64,000 bases of DNA from an uncultured bacterium (GTDB lineage: Bacteria > Bacillota > Clostridia > Oscillospirales > CAG-272), in the NCBI GenBank assembly GCA_949293405.1, contig CASFDI010000050.1, forward strand, positions 10,323 to 74,322, given 5' to 3'. Under the pieces are notes generated by a model. It was not told the DNA's origin. It saw only the letters and a list, made by a program, of their open reading frames with translations, and did no database searches. Made by a program: the position numbers and the translations under genes. Positions 28,003 to 37,550 of the stretch are shown here, piece after piece (the stretch's first letter is position 1; every line of letters starts with the position of its first letter).

Positions 28003-28884
28003 TCAGGCCTCCTCTCCCTGCTGCGGCACATCCGTTTCTCCGCTCTGGTGCAGCAGGACTTTATACAGCAGAGCGCGCAGAGACTGATACGAATAATCAC
28101 GGGTAATGCCCGACTTGAAAGCAACCGAGATGATTCCGGTCTCCTCAGAAACCACCACCACCAACGCATCGCTGCTTTCGCTCATTCCGATTGCCGACCG
28201 GTGTCGGGTCCCGAGATCCGGATCGATGTTGCCGTTACGCGACAAGGGCAACAGACATCCTGCCACAGCAACCCGGCGGTTGCGAATCACCACTGCACCG
28301 TCATGCAGAGGCGCCTTGTTAAAAAAGATATTGCGCAGCAGATAGGGCGTCACAACAGCGTCCAGTTCCACACCGGTGCGCATGACATCGGCCAGCGGGA
28401 CATTCCGCTCGAACACGATCAGGGCCCCGGTCTTGCTACGCGACAGATCGGATACCGCCTGACACACCGCGTCGAGCACTTCGTCCTGCTGTTCGGTTCT
28501 GCTCTGTTTGTCTTTGGTGATACCGCGCAGATTGCTGTAAAAATACCCGCCGATATCGGCCAGCGCTTCCCGTATCTCGGTCTGAAACACCACAAAGACT
28601 CCCACAAAGCCCACGCCGAAAAACCATCCGAGCACCGTCCCGAGCGCATACAGACCGAGCACCCGTGCCGCCAGCCAGACGCATCCGCAGACAAGAAGCC
28701 CGCACACAACCGGCAGCGCGCGGCGGCGCAGCAGAAACGCAACCACCAGGAAGAGCAGAAGCGAAAGTAACAGGATATCCAGCACATCCGCAAAAGACAG
28801 ATGTGTCAGCCGGTAACCGGCATAGTCAAAGAAGGAGCGGACGGTTCCCGCCCCGGCGCGCGTCAGGCAATTCGGAATGAACAT
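28003..28884 (-). CDS. cdaA: diadenylate cyclase CdaA
   Basis: N-terminal TM helices are followed by a DisA_N domain (TGALIVFE, HDGAVVI, GTRHRSAIGMSE, VVVSEETG). The start is taken at MFIPNC (28884) with a GGAGAT SD. The ORF extends to 28965. Confidence 0.9.
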   Translation of the reverse strand: MFIPNCLTRAGAGTVRSFFDYAGYRLTHLSFADVLDILLLSLLLFLVVAFLLRRRALPVVCGLLVCGCVWLAARVLGLYALGTVLGWFFGVGFVGVFVVFQTEIREALADIGGYFYSNLRGITKDKQSRTEQQDEVLDAVCQAVSDLSRSKTGALIVFERNVPLADVMRTGVELDAVVTPYLLRNIFFNKAPLHDGAVVIRNRRVAVAGCLLPLSRNGNIDPDLGTRHRSAIGMSESSDALVVVVSEETGIISVAFKSGITRDYSYQSLRALLYKVLLHQSGETDVPQQGEEA

Positions 28885-28982
28885 GTGTGATATCTCCAGG
28901 GCTGTGCCCGTATTTCTTCGGATTTTTGGGCAAAACTGTTTCTCTGCCCTCAACCATACATACAAAATTTATGTATATCAAC

Positions 28983-29011
28983 ATTATATCATATCGGGCG
29001 TTTGATTTCAA
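28983..29011 (-). promoter_or_regulatory. sigma-A promoter for cdaA
   Basis: The minus strand reads TTGAAA, 17 nt, then TGaTATAAT. Confidence 0.5.
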
Positions 29012-29102
29012 ATGTTTTTTCGATATATTTTCAGTTTTTTTCCCTGCTTTTTCCCCTGCGTGTCGGGGCCGAACTTTTTTAATACAAAAAAGCAGATTTC
29101 TC

Positions 29103-29131
29103 TTGACATTTTTTTCACATTCCGCTATAAT
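29103..29131 (+). promoter_or_regulatory. sigma-A promoter (perfect consensus) for the crp-ABC operon
   Basis: TTGACA, 17 nt, then TATAAT. The -10 ends 30 nt upstream of the ATG at 29161. Confidence 0.65.
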
Positions 29132-29132
29132 A

Positions 29133-29148
29133 TGTCTCATATGAGACA
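29133..29148. promoter_or_regulatory. perfect 16-bp palindrome, candidate operator
   Basis: TGTCTCATATGAGACA (TGTCT-N6-AGACA) starts 2 nt after the -10 hexamer and covers the predicted TSS. Confidence 0.5.
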
Positions 29149-29160
29149 GAAAGGAGTATC

Positions 29161-29826
29161 ATGGAAGCATTTTATAAGCAGATCGGAACGCTGTTCCTGT
29201 TTGAAAACATTCCCCCGCCGCAACTGCCCGATGCGCTGAAAACGGCGGAGGCTGTCCTGCTGCGCTGCCGGGCGGGCGAGGTGATCCTGCCGCGCGGGGA
29301 TGCGCCCGCACTGTTCTGCATTCTGGAAGGAGCGGTTTCAGTCAGCCGTTGCACCGCGCACCGCACCATGCCGCTCAACCGTCTGGGGCCGGGCGATGTA
29401 TTCGGAGCGGCGCAACTGTTCTGCGAGAGCGGTGAGCCATTCCCCACTACGGTGAAGGCGACACGGCAGAGCGTGCTGCTGTGTATTCCGGAGGCGGGGC
29501 TGCGCGCTTATCTCCGAAGCAATGTACCGGCAGCGCTGGCTTATATTTCGTATCTGTCCTGCAAGATCCGTTTTCTCAACCGGAAACTGGACGCCTGCAG
29601 CGGACGGGACGCGGAAGGCAAGGTGGCGCTGTGCCTGCTTCGTCTTTCGGAAGGGGACACGGTCAGCACAGGCACGCTGAATATGAAGGCATTGGCTGCA
29701 TCGCTTGATATCGGCCGCGCTTCCCTGTACCGGATCCTCAGCCGCCTGGAACAGGCAGGCGCCATCACACGCGAAAAAGACCTGGTTCACATTCAAAACA
29801 AAACATATCTGGAAAGGTTGGTTTAA
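29161..29826 (+). CDS. Crp/Fnr family transcriptional regulator
   Basis: 221 aa with a cNMP-binding-like N-terminal domain and a C-terminal HTH (LAASLDIGRASLYRILSRLEQAG). An AAAGGAG SD is present. Confidence 0.85.
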   Translation: MEAFYKQIGTLFLFENIPPPQLPDALKTAEAVLLRCRAGEVILPRGDAPALFCILEGAVSVSRCTAHRTMPLNRLGPGDVFGAAQLFCESGEPFPTTVKATRQSVLLCIPEAGLRAYLRSNVPAALAYISYLSCKIRFLNRKLDACSGRDAEGKVALCLLRLSEGDTVSTGTLNMKALAASLDIGRASLYRILSRLEQAGAITREKDLVHIQNKTYLERLV

Positions 29827-29828
29827 TC

Positions 29829-30881
29829 ATGAAAAAACTCATTGCACTCTTTTTGCTTCTCGCCTGCCTCACCGGCATGCTTGCCGCCTGCGGCAATACC
29901 GACAATGACACCGGTACCGGCACTGCCCCCCAGGTGCCGGAGGAAGAACAGACCACCATCCGCATCGGCGTTCTCTCCGGTCCTACCGGCATGGGCATGG
30001 CGAAGCTGTGGGCGGACAGCAATGCCGGGACGGCAGAAGGGTCCTATCAGTTCACCCTTTACGATGCGCCGCAGAACGCACTCAACGACTTCATCGCGGG
30101 CGAGCTTGACATTGTGGCGACGCCCACCAACACGGCCGCCACGCGCTACAACGCCAAACAGGATGTGCAGATTCTGGCAGTGAACACCCTGGGCACGCTG
30201 TACCTGATGGAAAAGGGGGAAACGGTCAGTTCCATTGCCGACCTGCGCGGAAAGACGGTAGCCATCAGCGCTCCCGGTTCCACGACCGATCTGATTTTCC
30301 GCTATCTGCTGACCGAAAACGGTCTGGACCCGGAAAGCGATGTCACCATTCTCACCGCTCCCGATCATGACACACTGGTCGGATGGGCGCGTATGGGAAA
30401 GACCTCGGACAACGAGACCTTCGATGTGGTGATGCTGCCCGAACCGAAGGTGTCCCAGTTGCTGCTGACCGAAGAGGGCGCGGACTACCGGGTCTGCCTG
30501 GACCTGAACGACGCCTGGGCGGCGGTCGCACCTGCCGATACCAGTATCGCCATGGGGTGCGTAATGACCACCACTGCGTTTGCACAGGCGCATCAGGATG
30601 CCATTGAACTCTTCCTCTCCGAATACAGTGCTTCCATCTCCTACATTGCCGATCCCGACAACCTGCAGAGTGCTGCCCAGATGATCGTGGACGCCGGCAT
30701 CATCCCGAAAGCACCGATGGCAATCAAAGCACTGCCGGGAAGTGCCATTGCGTTTCTTTCCGGGGACGACATGAAGACCGCGCTGGAAGCCTTCTACTCC
30801 GCGCTGTGCGAACAGAATCCCCAGGTCATCGGGGGCGCTCTTCCGTCTGACGCATTCTACTATGGCGCCGGCGGGAATTAA
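29829..30881 (+). CDS. ABC transporter substrate-binding lipoprotein (NMT1/THI5-, NitT/TauT-like)
   Basis: It has a signal peptide with the lipobox LAAC|G. The periplasmic-binding-protein-like sequence lies upstream of a cognate permease and ATPase. Confidence 0.75.
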   Translation: MKKLIALFLLLACLTGMLAACGNTDNDTGTGTAPQVPEEEQTTIRIGVLSGPTGMGMAKLWADSNAGTAEGSYQFTLYDAPQNALNDFIAGELDIVATPTNTAATRYNAKQDVQILAVNTLGTLYLMEKGETVSSIADLRGKTVAISAPGSTTDLIFRYLLTENGLDPESDVTILTAPDHDTLVGWARMGKTSDNETFDVVMLPEPKVSQLLLTEEGADYRVCLDLNDAWAAVAPADTSIAMGCVMTTTAFAQAHQDAIELFLSEYSASISYIADPDNLQSAAQMIVDAGIIPKAPMAIKALPGSAIAFLSGDDMKTALEAFYSALCEQNPQVIGGALPSDAFYYGAGGN

Positions 30882-31635
30882 AAAGACTGCTGCCGCGGTA
30901 TGCGGGCTGATCTTCTGGCTGCTGATCTGGCAGATCGCCGCGGTGCGGGCCGATCTCTCCTTCGTGCTGCCCACACCGCTCGCGGTCGCGGGTGAAATGC
31001 TGCAGCTGCTGACCGAGTCCTCCTTCTGGAGTGCGGTGGGCTCAACCCTTGTGCGCATCGCACAGGGATATGCCGCAGGCCTTGCGGTAGGTATTGCTCT
31101 GGGTATTATTACCGCGCTCGTTCCCTTTTCTGCCCAGATTTTTGCTCCGCTTATGACCGCTCTCAAAAGTACACCGGTCGCTTCCTTTGTACTGGTGGTG
31201 TGGGTATTCACCGGGAGTTCCACCCTGCCGTTTTTTACGGCTTTCATCATGGTTCTCCCTATCACCGTCAAGAATACCGACACCGGCATCCGGCAGTTTG
31301 ATCCGGCGCTGGCCGAAGTCTGCCGGGTGCATCGCCTGCCGCTCCGGCGTCGCCTGACCGCGTTCTGGCTTCCCTCCCTGGCCCCCTACCTGTCGGCAGC
31401 GGCGGTCACCTCGGTAGGCCTGGCTTTCAAGGCGGGAGTGGCAGCCGAAATTCTCGCCCAGACAAAAAATTCCGTGGGCCGGGAAATCTACTTTGCAAAA
31501 GCGTATTTTGAAACGGAGCGGCTCTTCGCCTGGACCCTCACTGTAATTGTACTTTCCATTGCCGCAGAGGCGGCAGTGCGCGGTGCGGTGCTGCTGATGC
31601 GCGGAAGGAGGAAGCATGCCCGAGATTCTGCTTGA
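30862..31635 (+). CDS. ABC transporter permease (NitT/TauT family)
   Basis: 257 aa polytopic protein in an SsuC/TauC-like arrangement. It overlaps both flanking genes. Confidence 0.8.
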   Translation: MAPAGIKKTAAAVCGLIFWLLIWQIAAVRADLSFVLPTPLAVAGEMLQLLTESSFWSAVGSTLVRIAQGYAAGLAVGIALGIITALVPFSAQIFAPLMTALKSTPVASFVLVVWVFTGSSTLPFFTAFIMVLPITVKNTDTGIRQFDPALAEVCRVHRLPLRRRLTAFWLPSLAPYLSAAAVTSVGLAFKAGVAAEILAQTKNSVGREIYFAKAYFETERLFAWTLTVIVLSIAAEAAVRGAVLLMRGRRKHARDSA

Positions 31636-32239
31636 CCGGGTCTGTGTATCTTTCGGAGATCAGACGGTCCTTGACCGGTTTTCATACCGATTCGCCATTC
31701 CGGGCCTGTACCTGCTCACCGGGCAGAGCGGCAGCGGGAAAACCACCCTGCTGCGTCTTTTGGCGGGTCTGTGCCGTCCCGACAGCGGCACCGTGACTTT
31801 TCCCGGTAAGCGGTCGGTCTCCATGCATTTTCAGGAATACCGGCTTTTCCCTACGCTGACCGCACTGGCAAACGCCGCACTGGTACTCCGCGGCAACACG
31901 CGGGCATGCCGCAGCAGAGCCGCCGCCATGCTCGGGCAGCTGGGCTTTTCGGAAGAGGACCTCGGAAAATTTCCGCATCAGCTTTCCGGCGGCATGCAGC
32001 AGCGCGTCTCTCTGGCACGCGCCTTTCTCAACCAGGCGCCGCTTCTGCTGCTGGATGAGCCGACAAAAGAGCTGGACGCCCCGCTGCGCGCCGCTGTATG
32101 CCGTCTGATCGGTGAGGAAGCACGCGTGCGGGCGGTCGTTCTGGCAACGCACAATCCGGACGAGCTGGCTATCCCGGGCGGCGTGCCCGTACCGGTCTCA
32201 CCCGCTCCCTCTGACGGAACGGCCAAACCGCACTCCTGA
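31616..32239 (+). CDS. ABC transporter ATP-binding protein
   Basis: Walker A (GQSGSGKTT), signature (LSGGMQQR), Walker B (LLLLDEP) and H-loop (ATHN) are present. Confidence 0.9.
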   Translation: MPEILLDRVCVSFGDQTVLDRFSYRFAIPGLYLLTGQSGSGKTTLLRLLAGLCRPDSGTVTFPGKRSVSMHFQEYRLFPTLTALANAALVLRGNTRACRSRAAAMLGQLGFSEEDLGKFPHQLSGGMQQRVSLARAFLNQAPLLLLDEPTKELDAPLRAAVCRLIGEEARVRAVVLATHNPDELAIPGGVPVPVSPAPSDGTAKPHS

Positions 32240-32267
32240 AAGCAACACGCCCGAAGCCGGTCACAAC

Positions 32268-32311
32268 AAACATGGCAGGACGGAAGCAAATCTTCCGTCC
32301 TGCCATGTTTT
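32268..32311. terminator. bidirectional intrinsic terminator (convergent ABC ATPase and histidine kinase)
   Basis: AAACATGGCAGGACGGAAG-caaat-CTTCCGTCCTGCCATGTTT is a 19-bp perfect stem that includes the A and T tracts. Confidence 0.85.
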
Positions 32312-32345
32312 AATTGTAGGATAATTCCGATTCCGACATTCAGAT

Positions 32346-33821
32346 TCACCGCTCTGCCGGATCCTTACCGACCGTCTCACTGGACGAAAGCGTGAAACGG
32401 AAGCGACAGAATTTCCCCTCTTCGCTGTCCACATGGATTTCTTCCCCATGCGCGTCGATGATGGTCTTCGCAATATAAAGGCCGAGTCCCACGCCGGTTT
32501 TATCAAGGCCCCGGCTTTTGTCACCTTTATAAAACCGCTCGAAGATAAACGGGATGTCTTCTGCGGGAATGCCCACGCCCTCATTGTAAACGCTGACCTC
32601 TGTTTTGTTCCGGCCATGGCGTGAGATGGCGACATTGAGTTTTCCGCCTTCATAGGAGAATTTGATGGCGTTGTCGCAGATGTTGTAGAGAATCTGGTGA
32701 ATGGCATCCTGGTCCGCGGTCACCATCATCCGGTCATCATCCGCCAGGAAATCCACATCCAGATGCTTTGCATCAATCTTCTGTTCGAAGGAAATCAGGA
32801 TCAGACGCGCCATTTCGCAGATGTCAAAGCTCTTCAGAACCAGTTTGCGGTCGCCCGACTCCAGCCTGGAAATGTCCAGCAGTTGCGAAACCAGGCGCGA
32901 CAGCCGGTGCACCTCGGAGGAAATGATTCCCAGATAATACTCGTGTTTATCGGGCGGGATCGCGCCGCTGTTGATGCCGTCGATGAAGCCCGCGATGGTG
33001 GTCATCGGGGTACGCAGATCGTGCGACACGCTCGCCAGGAAGGAGTTGCGCATTTTCTCGATATGATCGAGCGATTCCGCCATCTGGTTGAATGCGGCCG
33101 CCAGTTCTGCGATCTCATCCTGGCCGCTCACCTCAATGCGGGTATCGAACTTCCCTTTTGCGAACTGCTTGGACGCTGTAATCATGCTGCGCAGCGGTCC
33201 GATCATCCGGTCACTGATAAAATAAACAGCAATCAAAGCGGCAAGCATCAGCCACAGGCTTGCCATCACAACCGTGGTGTTCATGGTGCTGATCAGCTCA
33301 TTCTCACTGGCATAGGTAGACAGGATCACCACCGCACCGATGGGATGCTGCGCCTGGTCGGTCAGACAGACGCCGTACAGAATACAGGGCGTCTTCAGTG
33401 CGCCGTCCAGATTGTCGATTCCTTCATAGGAGGATGAGGAAACGATGGCGCCGATGATGCTGTCGGGAAGCACGCTGATGCCGGAAGTGGCGAATTCACT
33501 GTCGGAGAGGATCACATTCCCGGCCGTGTCGGTCACCATCAGCATCACGCCCGCTTCGCGCCGGGTGACCGAATCCAGAATGCCGGTCAGGGCAACGCGG
33601 TTATCGTTGAGGTAGGCAATCAGCTGCTCTTCGTCACTCTCGTGAAAACCGTACGACACCACATCGTGCACTGTCTGCGCAAACCAGCGCAGATCGTCAC
33701 GCTTGGAATCCGCAGCGTAATCCCGCACTTTGGAAGAGATAATGGAGGTCAGCATCACAAAACTGATTCCGATAATCAGGGCAAAGGCGGTCACATATTT
33801 TGTAAATACACTTTTGAACAT
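32346..33821 (-). CDS. sensor histidine kinase (2 TM, HAMP, HisKA, HATPase_c)
   Basis: It has the H-box SFLASVSHDLRTPMTTI, the N-box DNAIKFS and a G-box region GVGLGLYIAK. Confidence 0.9.
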   Translation of the reverse strand: MFKSVFTKYVTAFALIIGISFVMLTSIISSKVRDYAADSKRDDLRWFAQTVHDVVSYGFHESDEEQLIAYLNDNRVALTGILDSVTRREAGVMLMVTDTAGNVILSDSEFATSGISVLPDSIIGAIVSSSSYEGIDNLDGALKTPCILYGVCLTDQAQHPIGAVVILSTYASENELISTMNTTVVMASLWLMLAALIAVYFISDRMIGPLRSMITASKQFAKGKFDTRIEVSGQDEIAELAAAFNQMAESLDHIEKMRNSFLASVSHDLRTPMTTIAGFIDGINSGAIPPDKHEYYLGIISSEVHRLSRLVSQLLDISRLESGDRKLVLKSFDICEMARLILISFEQKIDAKHLDVDFLADDDRMMVTADQDAIHQILYNICDNAIKFSYEGGKLNVAISRHGRNKTEVSVYNEGVGIPAEDIPFIFERFYKGDKSRGLDKTGVGLGLYIAKTIIDAHGEEIHVDSEEGKFCRFRFTLSSSETVGKDPAER

Positions 33822-33853
33822 TGAGACTTCCCCGCTGGTTCATACTTACCGTT

Positions 33854-33882
33854 ATTATACCACCTCTCGCCCCGGAAAGTAA
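33854..33882 (-). promoter_or_regulatory. extended -10 promoter candidate for the histidine kinase
   Basis: The minus strand reads TTACTT, 17 nt, then TGgTATAAT. The -35 is weak and the extended -10 is strong. Confidence 0.4.
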
Positions 33883-33900
33883 AGAAATATTTTTTAACAA

Positions 33901-33929
33901 TTGACGAACACGCCGGGTTGTGCTATAAT
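33901..33929 (+). promoter_or_regulatory. sigma-A promoter for the gltX operon
   Basis: TTGACG, 17 nt, then TGcTATAAT. The leader is only about 50 nt, so there is no room for a T-box. Confidence 0.6.
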
Positions 33930-33984
33930 GATACGAACGAAGAAAACTGCTGAAGGGGACGCCCTCTTCTGAAAGGATATCTGC

Positions 33985-35454
33985 ATGAAACATCCTGTCA
34001 CCACCCGTTTTGCACCCAGTCCGACCGGCTACATGCACATCGGAAATCTGCGCACGGCCCTGTATGCATACCTGATTGCAAAAAGCAACGGCGGAACTTT
34101 TATCCTCCGCATTGAAGACACCGACCGCGAGCGTCTGGTAGATGCGGCCACCGATGTGATTCTGGACACCCTGCGGATCACCGGGCTGAACTATGACGAG
34201 GGCCCCGGGGTGGGCGGACCGCACGGTCCCTACATCCAGAGCGAACGGTTGCCGATCTACCACAAGTACGCTCAGAAACTGGTGGACGAGGGACATGCGT
34301 ACTACTGCTTCTGCTCAAAAGAGCGGCTGGACGCGTTGCACGAGAGCGATGCAACCGGCGGCTACGACCGTCATTGCCGCTCCCTCACGCCCGAGCAGAT
34401 CAGGCAACAGCTGGATGCCGGTACTCCCTATGTCATCCGCCAGAAGATGCCGCTGACCGGCACCACCACCTATACGGACGCGGTCTTCGGCGAGATCTCC
34501 ACCGAAAACAAAGAACTGCAGGATCAGATCCTGATCAAGGCAGACGGCTACCCCACCTACAATTTCGCCCATGTCGTGGACGACTATCTGATGGGGGTCA
34601 CCCATGTGGTGCGCGGCAGCGAGTATCTGACCTCCACGCCGAAATATGCGCTGCTCTACGATGCGTTCGGCTGGGAGCGTCCGGTCTATGTGCACCTGCC
34701 GCTGATGATGGGCCGCGGGGAGGACGGAACCATTTCCAAACTGTCCAAAAGACACGGTGCGGTCTCTTTCGCCGATCTGATGCATGCCGGCTATCTGCCC
34801 GAGGCTATCCTCAATTATATTGCACTTCTGGGCTGGTGCCCCAAGGAAAGCGAACGCGAATTCTTCACGCTTGCAGAACTGTGCGAAGTGTTCTCCCTGG
34901 ACGGCATCAGCAAGTCGCCTGCCGTCTTCGACTATGATAAACTGCTCTGGTTCAACGGAGAATATATCCGCCGGATGACGCCTGCCGCGTTCCGGGAGGC
35001 AGTACAGCCTTACCTTGCCGACCTTGAGATCCCCGCCGGGCTGGATCTCGATGCGGTACTTGCCCTGCTGCAGCCCCGTGTAGGCACGCTTGCACAGGTA
35101 CGGGAAAAGATCGGACTGTTCCTTGCGCTTCCCGATTATGACGCGGAACTGTTCCTCAACAAGAAAAACAAGGTGGACCTCTCCACCGCCAGAGTTGTAC
35201 TGGAAGCGGCTTATCCGCTGCTGGAAAAGCAGAACGATTTTACCAACGACGCGCTGTTTGAGGCATTGTCTTCCCTTGCCGGCACCCTGCAAATCAAGTC
35301 GGGCGCAGTGCTCTGGTGCCTGCGTATTGCGGTATCCGGCATGGCGGTGACCCCGGGCGGCGCTACCGAAATTATGGCAGCCATCGGCAAGGACGAAACG
35401 CTGCGCAGAACGGAGTTTGCACTGAAAAAGTGCGGTGTGAGCACTCATGATTGA
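33985..35454 (+). CDS. gltX: glutamate--tRNA ligase
   Basis: HIGH motif (PSPTGYMHIGNLRTALY) and KMSKS-like motif (KLSKR) are present. Confidence 0.95.
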   Translation: MKHPVTTRFAPSPTGYMHIGNLRTALYAYLIAKSNGGTFILRIEDTDRERLVDAATDVILDTLRITGLNYDEGPGVGGPHGPYIQSERLPIYHKYAQKLVDEGHAYYCFCSKERLDALHESDATGGYDRHCRSLTPEQIRQQLDAGTPYVIRQKMPLTGTTTYTDAVFGEISTENKELQDQILIKADGYPTYNFAHVVDDYLMGVTHVVRGSEYLTSTPKYALLYDAFGWERPVYVHLPLMMGRGEDGTISKLSKRHGAVSFADLMHAGYLPEAILNYIALLGWCPKESEREFFTLAELCEVFSLDGISKSPAVFDYDKLLWFNGEYIRRMTPAAFREAVQPYLADLEIPAGLDLDAVLALLQPRVGTLAQVREKIGLFLALPDYDAELFLNKKNKVDLSTARVVLEAAYPLLEKQNDFTNDALFEALSSLAGTLQIKSGAVLWCLRIAVSGMAVTPGGATEIMAAIGKDETLRRTEFALKKCGVSTHD

Positions 35455-36301
35455 TCTTTCCGAACGCATCCGCCAACTGATGCCCACTTTTTCGAAAGGA
35501 CAGAAACGCATTGCGAATGCCATTCTCGGCGATTACGGAACCGCCGCCTACATGACTGCCTCGCGACTGGGCGCCGCGGCCGGCGTTTCCGAGTCCACGG
35601 TGGTCCGTTTCGCCAATGAACTGGGCTTCAGCGGATATCCCGAATTCCAGCACGCCGTACAGGAACTGATGCGCACCAAGCTGACCCCCAACCAGCGCAT
35701 TGAAATCACCGATCAGCGCATCGGAGACGGCGATCTGCTCACCAAGGTCATGACAGCCGACATGGATAAGATCAAATACACCATCGACAATGTATCCAGA
35801 ACCGACTTTGCCGACTCGGTGGACGCGATTCTGAAAGCGCGTCAGATCTATGTTCTGGGCGTGCGCTCCTCCGCTTCCCTGGCGTCCTTCTTCTATTTCA
35901 ACCTGAATCTGATTTTCGACAATCTGAAGCTGGTTCAGCCTACCAGCACCAGCGAAGTGTTTGAACAACTGTTCAACATCGGGCCGGGCGATGTGCTGTT
36001 TGCGGTGAGTTTTCCCCGTTATTCCACCAAGATTGTCACCGCGGTGCGCTATGCCCGTTCCAAAGGGGCGACCGTCATCGGACTGACCGACAGCACGCTT
36101 TCCCCCCTGGCCGAAAGTGCAAACTGCCTTCTGACCGCCCAGAGCGATATGGCGTCTTTTGTGGATTCTCTGGTGGCCCCGCTCTCGATTATCAATGCCA
36201 TTCTGGTAGCGGTCACCCAGAACCGCAAGGATGAGGTGAAAGAGCGCTTCGAACAGCTCGAACATATCTGGGACGAGTATCAGGTCTATGAAAAACGGTG
36301 A
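35447..36301 (+). CDS. MurR/RpiR family transcriptional regulator (HTH plus SIS)
   Basis: It has an N-terminal HTH_6-like region (SKGQKRIANAIL..STVVRFANELGFSGYPEF) and a SIS domain. Confidence 0.85.
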   Translation: MIDLSERIRQLMPTFSKGQKRIANAILGDYGTAAYMTASRLGAAAGVSESTVVRFANELGFSGYPEFQHAVQELMRTKLTPNQRIEITDQRIGDGDLLTKVMTADMDKIKYTIDNVSRTDFADSVDAILKARQIYVLGVRSSASLASFFYFNLNLIFDNLKLVQPTSTSEVFEQLFNIGPGDVLFAVSFPRYSTKIVTAVRYARSKGATVIGLTDSTLSPLAESANCLLTAQSDMASFVDSLVAPLSIINAILVAVTQNRKDEVKERFEQLEHIWDEYQVYEKR

Positions 36302-37544
36302 CCGTGTGCGCGTTGCGGTGGTAGGCGGCGGTCCGGCCGGCATGATGGCGGCATACGCGGCACATGACGCAGGGGCCTCTGTTACCCTGTTTGAGCAGAA
36401 CGACCGTCTGGGCAAAAAACTGCTGATCACCGGCAAAGGGCGGTGCAATGTCACCAGCGACAGCACCGTCGCGCAGCTGATTGAAAATATCACAAAGAAT
36501 CCGCGGTTCCTCTACAGCGCATTCCATGCGTTTGATACAGCGGATACCATGCGCTTTTTCACCGAACGCGGCGTACCGCTCAAGACCGAACGCGGCCGCC
36601 GCGTTTTCCCGCAATCGGACCGCAGTGCGGACATCCGGGACGCCCTGCAGCGCGCCCTGACCGGTGTGCAACGCATCCGGGCAAAAGTCACTTCTCTCTC
36701 CTGCCGGAACGGTCGGATCACCGGCCTTGAAGCGGGCGGGGTGCCGTATGTTTGCGAACGGGTGATCCTGGCCACCGGCGGGGTCTCCTACCCGCTTACC
36801 GGTTCGGACGGCAGCGGATTTAAACTGGCAGAATCAACCGGGCACACCGTTACCCCGCTTCTGCCTTCCCTTGTGCCGCTCACCTCGGAGGATCCGGTCT
36901 GCCGCGCGGCGCAGGGGCTGGCGCTGAAGAATGTCGCCCTCACCGTGCAGAATGAACAGGGGGCGGTACTGTACCGGGATTTCGGGGAGATGCTGTTCAC
37001 GCATTTCGGCCTGTCTGGGCCGATGATCCTGAGTGCCTCGGCTCATCTGCACGGCGTGTCTTTCCGGCAGCTGACCGCCCTGATCGATCTCAAACCTGCG
37101 CTGACCGAAGAGGTGCTGGACCGTCGCCTGCTGAACGACTTTGCAAAATACAGCAACCGCGACCTCGGCAATGTCCTGTCAGGCCTTCTGCCCGCCGCCC
37201 TGATTGAACCGTTTCTGCACAAGGCGGCGCTCCCGATGCACAAAAAAGTACACTCGGTCACGCGCGAGGAGCGGCGCACCCTGCTGGAACTGCTCAAAGC
37301 ATTTCCCGTGCCGCTGTCGGGCACCCGGCCGATCGAGGAGGCGATCGTCACCTCGGGCGGCATTCCGGTCAGCGAAATTGACCCGAAGACCATGATGTCC
37401 CGCCTGTGTGCCGGACTTTTCTTTGCCGGAGAGATGATCGATGTGGACGCCTACACGGGCGGCTTCAATCTTCAGATTGCATTTTCCACCGGTTTTCTTG
37501 CCGGCAGCAAGGCAGCAACCCTGCCCATTACTGACGAAAGGTGA
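36288..37544 (+). CDS. NAD(P)/FAD-dependent oxidoreductase, HI0933/BaiN-like flavoprotein
   Basis: VAVVGGGPAGMMAA and LLITGKGRCNVT are characteristic of the HI0933 family. Confidence 0.8.
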   Translation: MKNGDRVRVAVVGGGPAGMMAAYAAHDAGASVTLFEQNDRLGKKLLITGKGRCNVTSDSTVAQLIENITKNPRFLYSAFHAFDTADTMRFFTERGVPLKTERGRRVFPQSDRSADIRDALQRALTGVQRIRAKVTSLSCRNGRITGLEAGGVPYVCERVILATGGVSYPLTGSDGSGFKLAESTGHTVTPLLPSLVPLTSEDPVCRAAQGLALKNVALTVQNEQGAVLYRDFGEMLFTHFGLSGPMILSASAHLHGVSFRQLTALIDLKPALTEEVLDRRLLNDFAKYSNRDLGNVLSGLLPAALIEPFLHKAALPMHKKVHSVTREERRTLLELLKAFPVPLSGTRPIEEAIVTSGGIPVSEIDPKTMMSRLCAGLFFAGEMIDVDAYTGGFNLQIAFSTGFLAGSKAATLPITDER

Positions 37545-37550
37545 ACAACC

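Noticed and set aside
28887-29144. An 85-aa and a 104-aa ORF in the AT-rich cdaA/crp intergenic region.
   Set aside because: The region is occupied by two divergent near-consensus promoters. The ORFs are F/I/S-rich translations of AT-rich DNA and have no SD.
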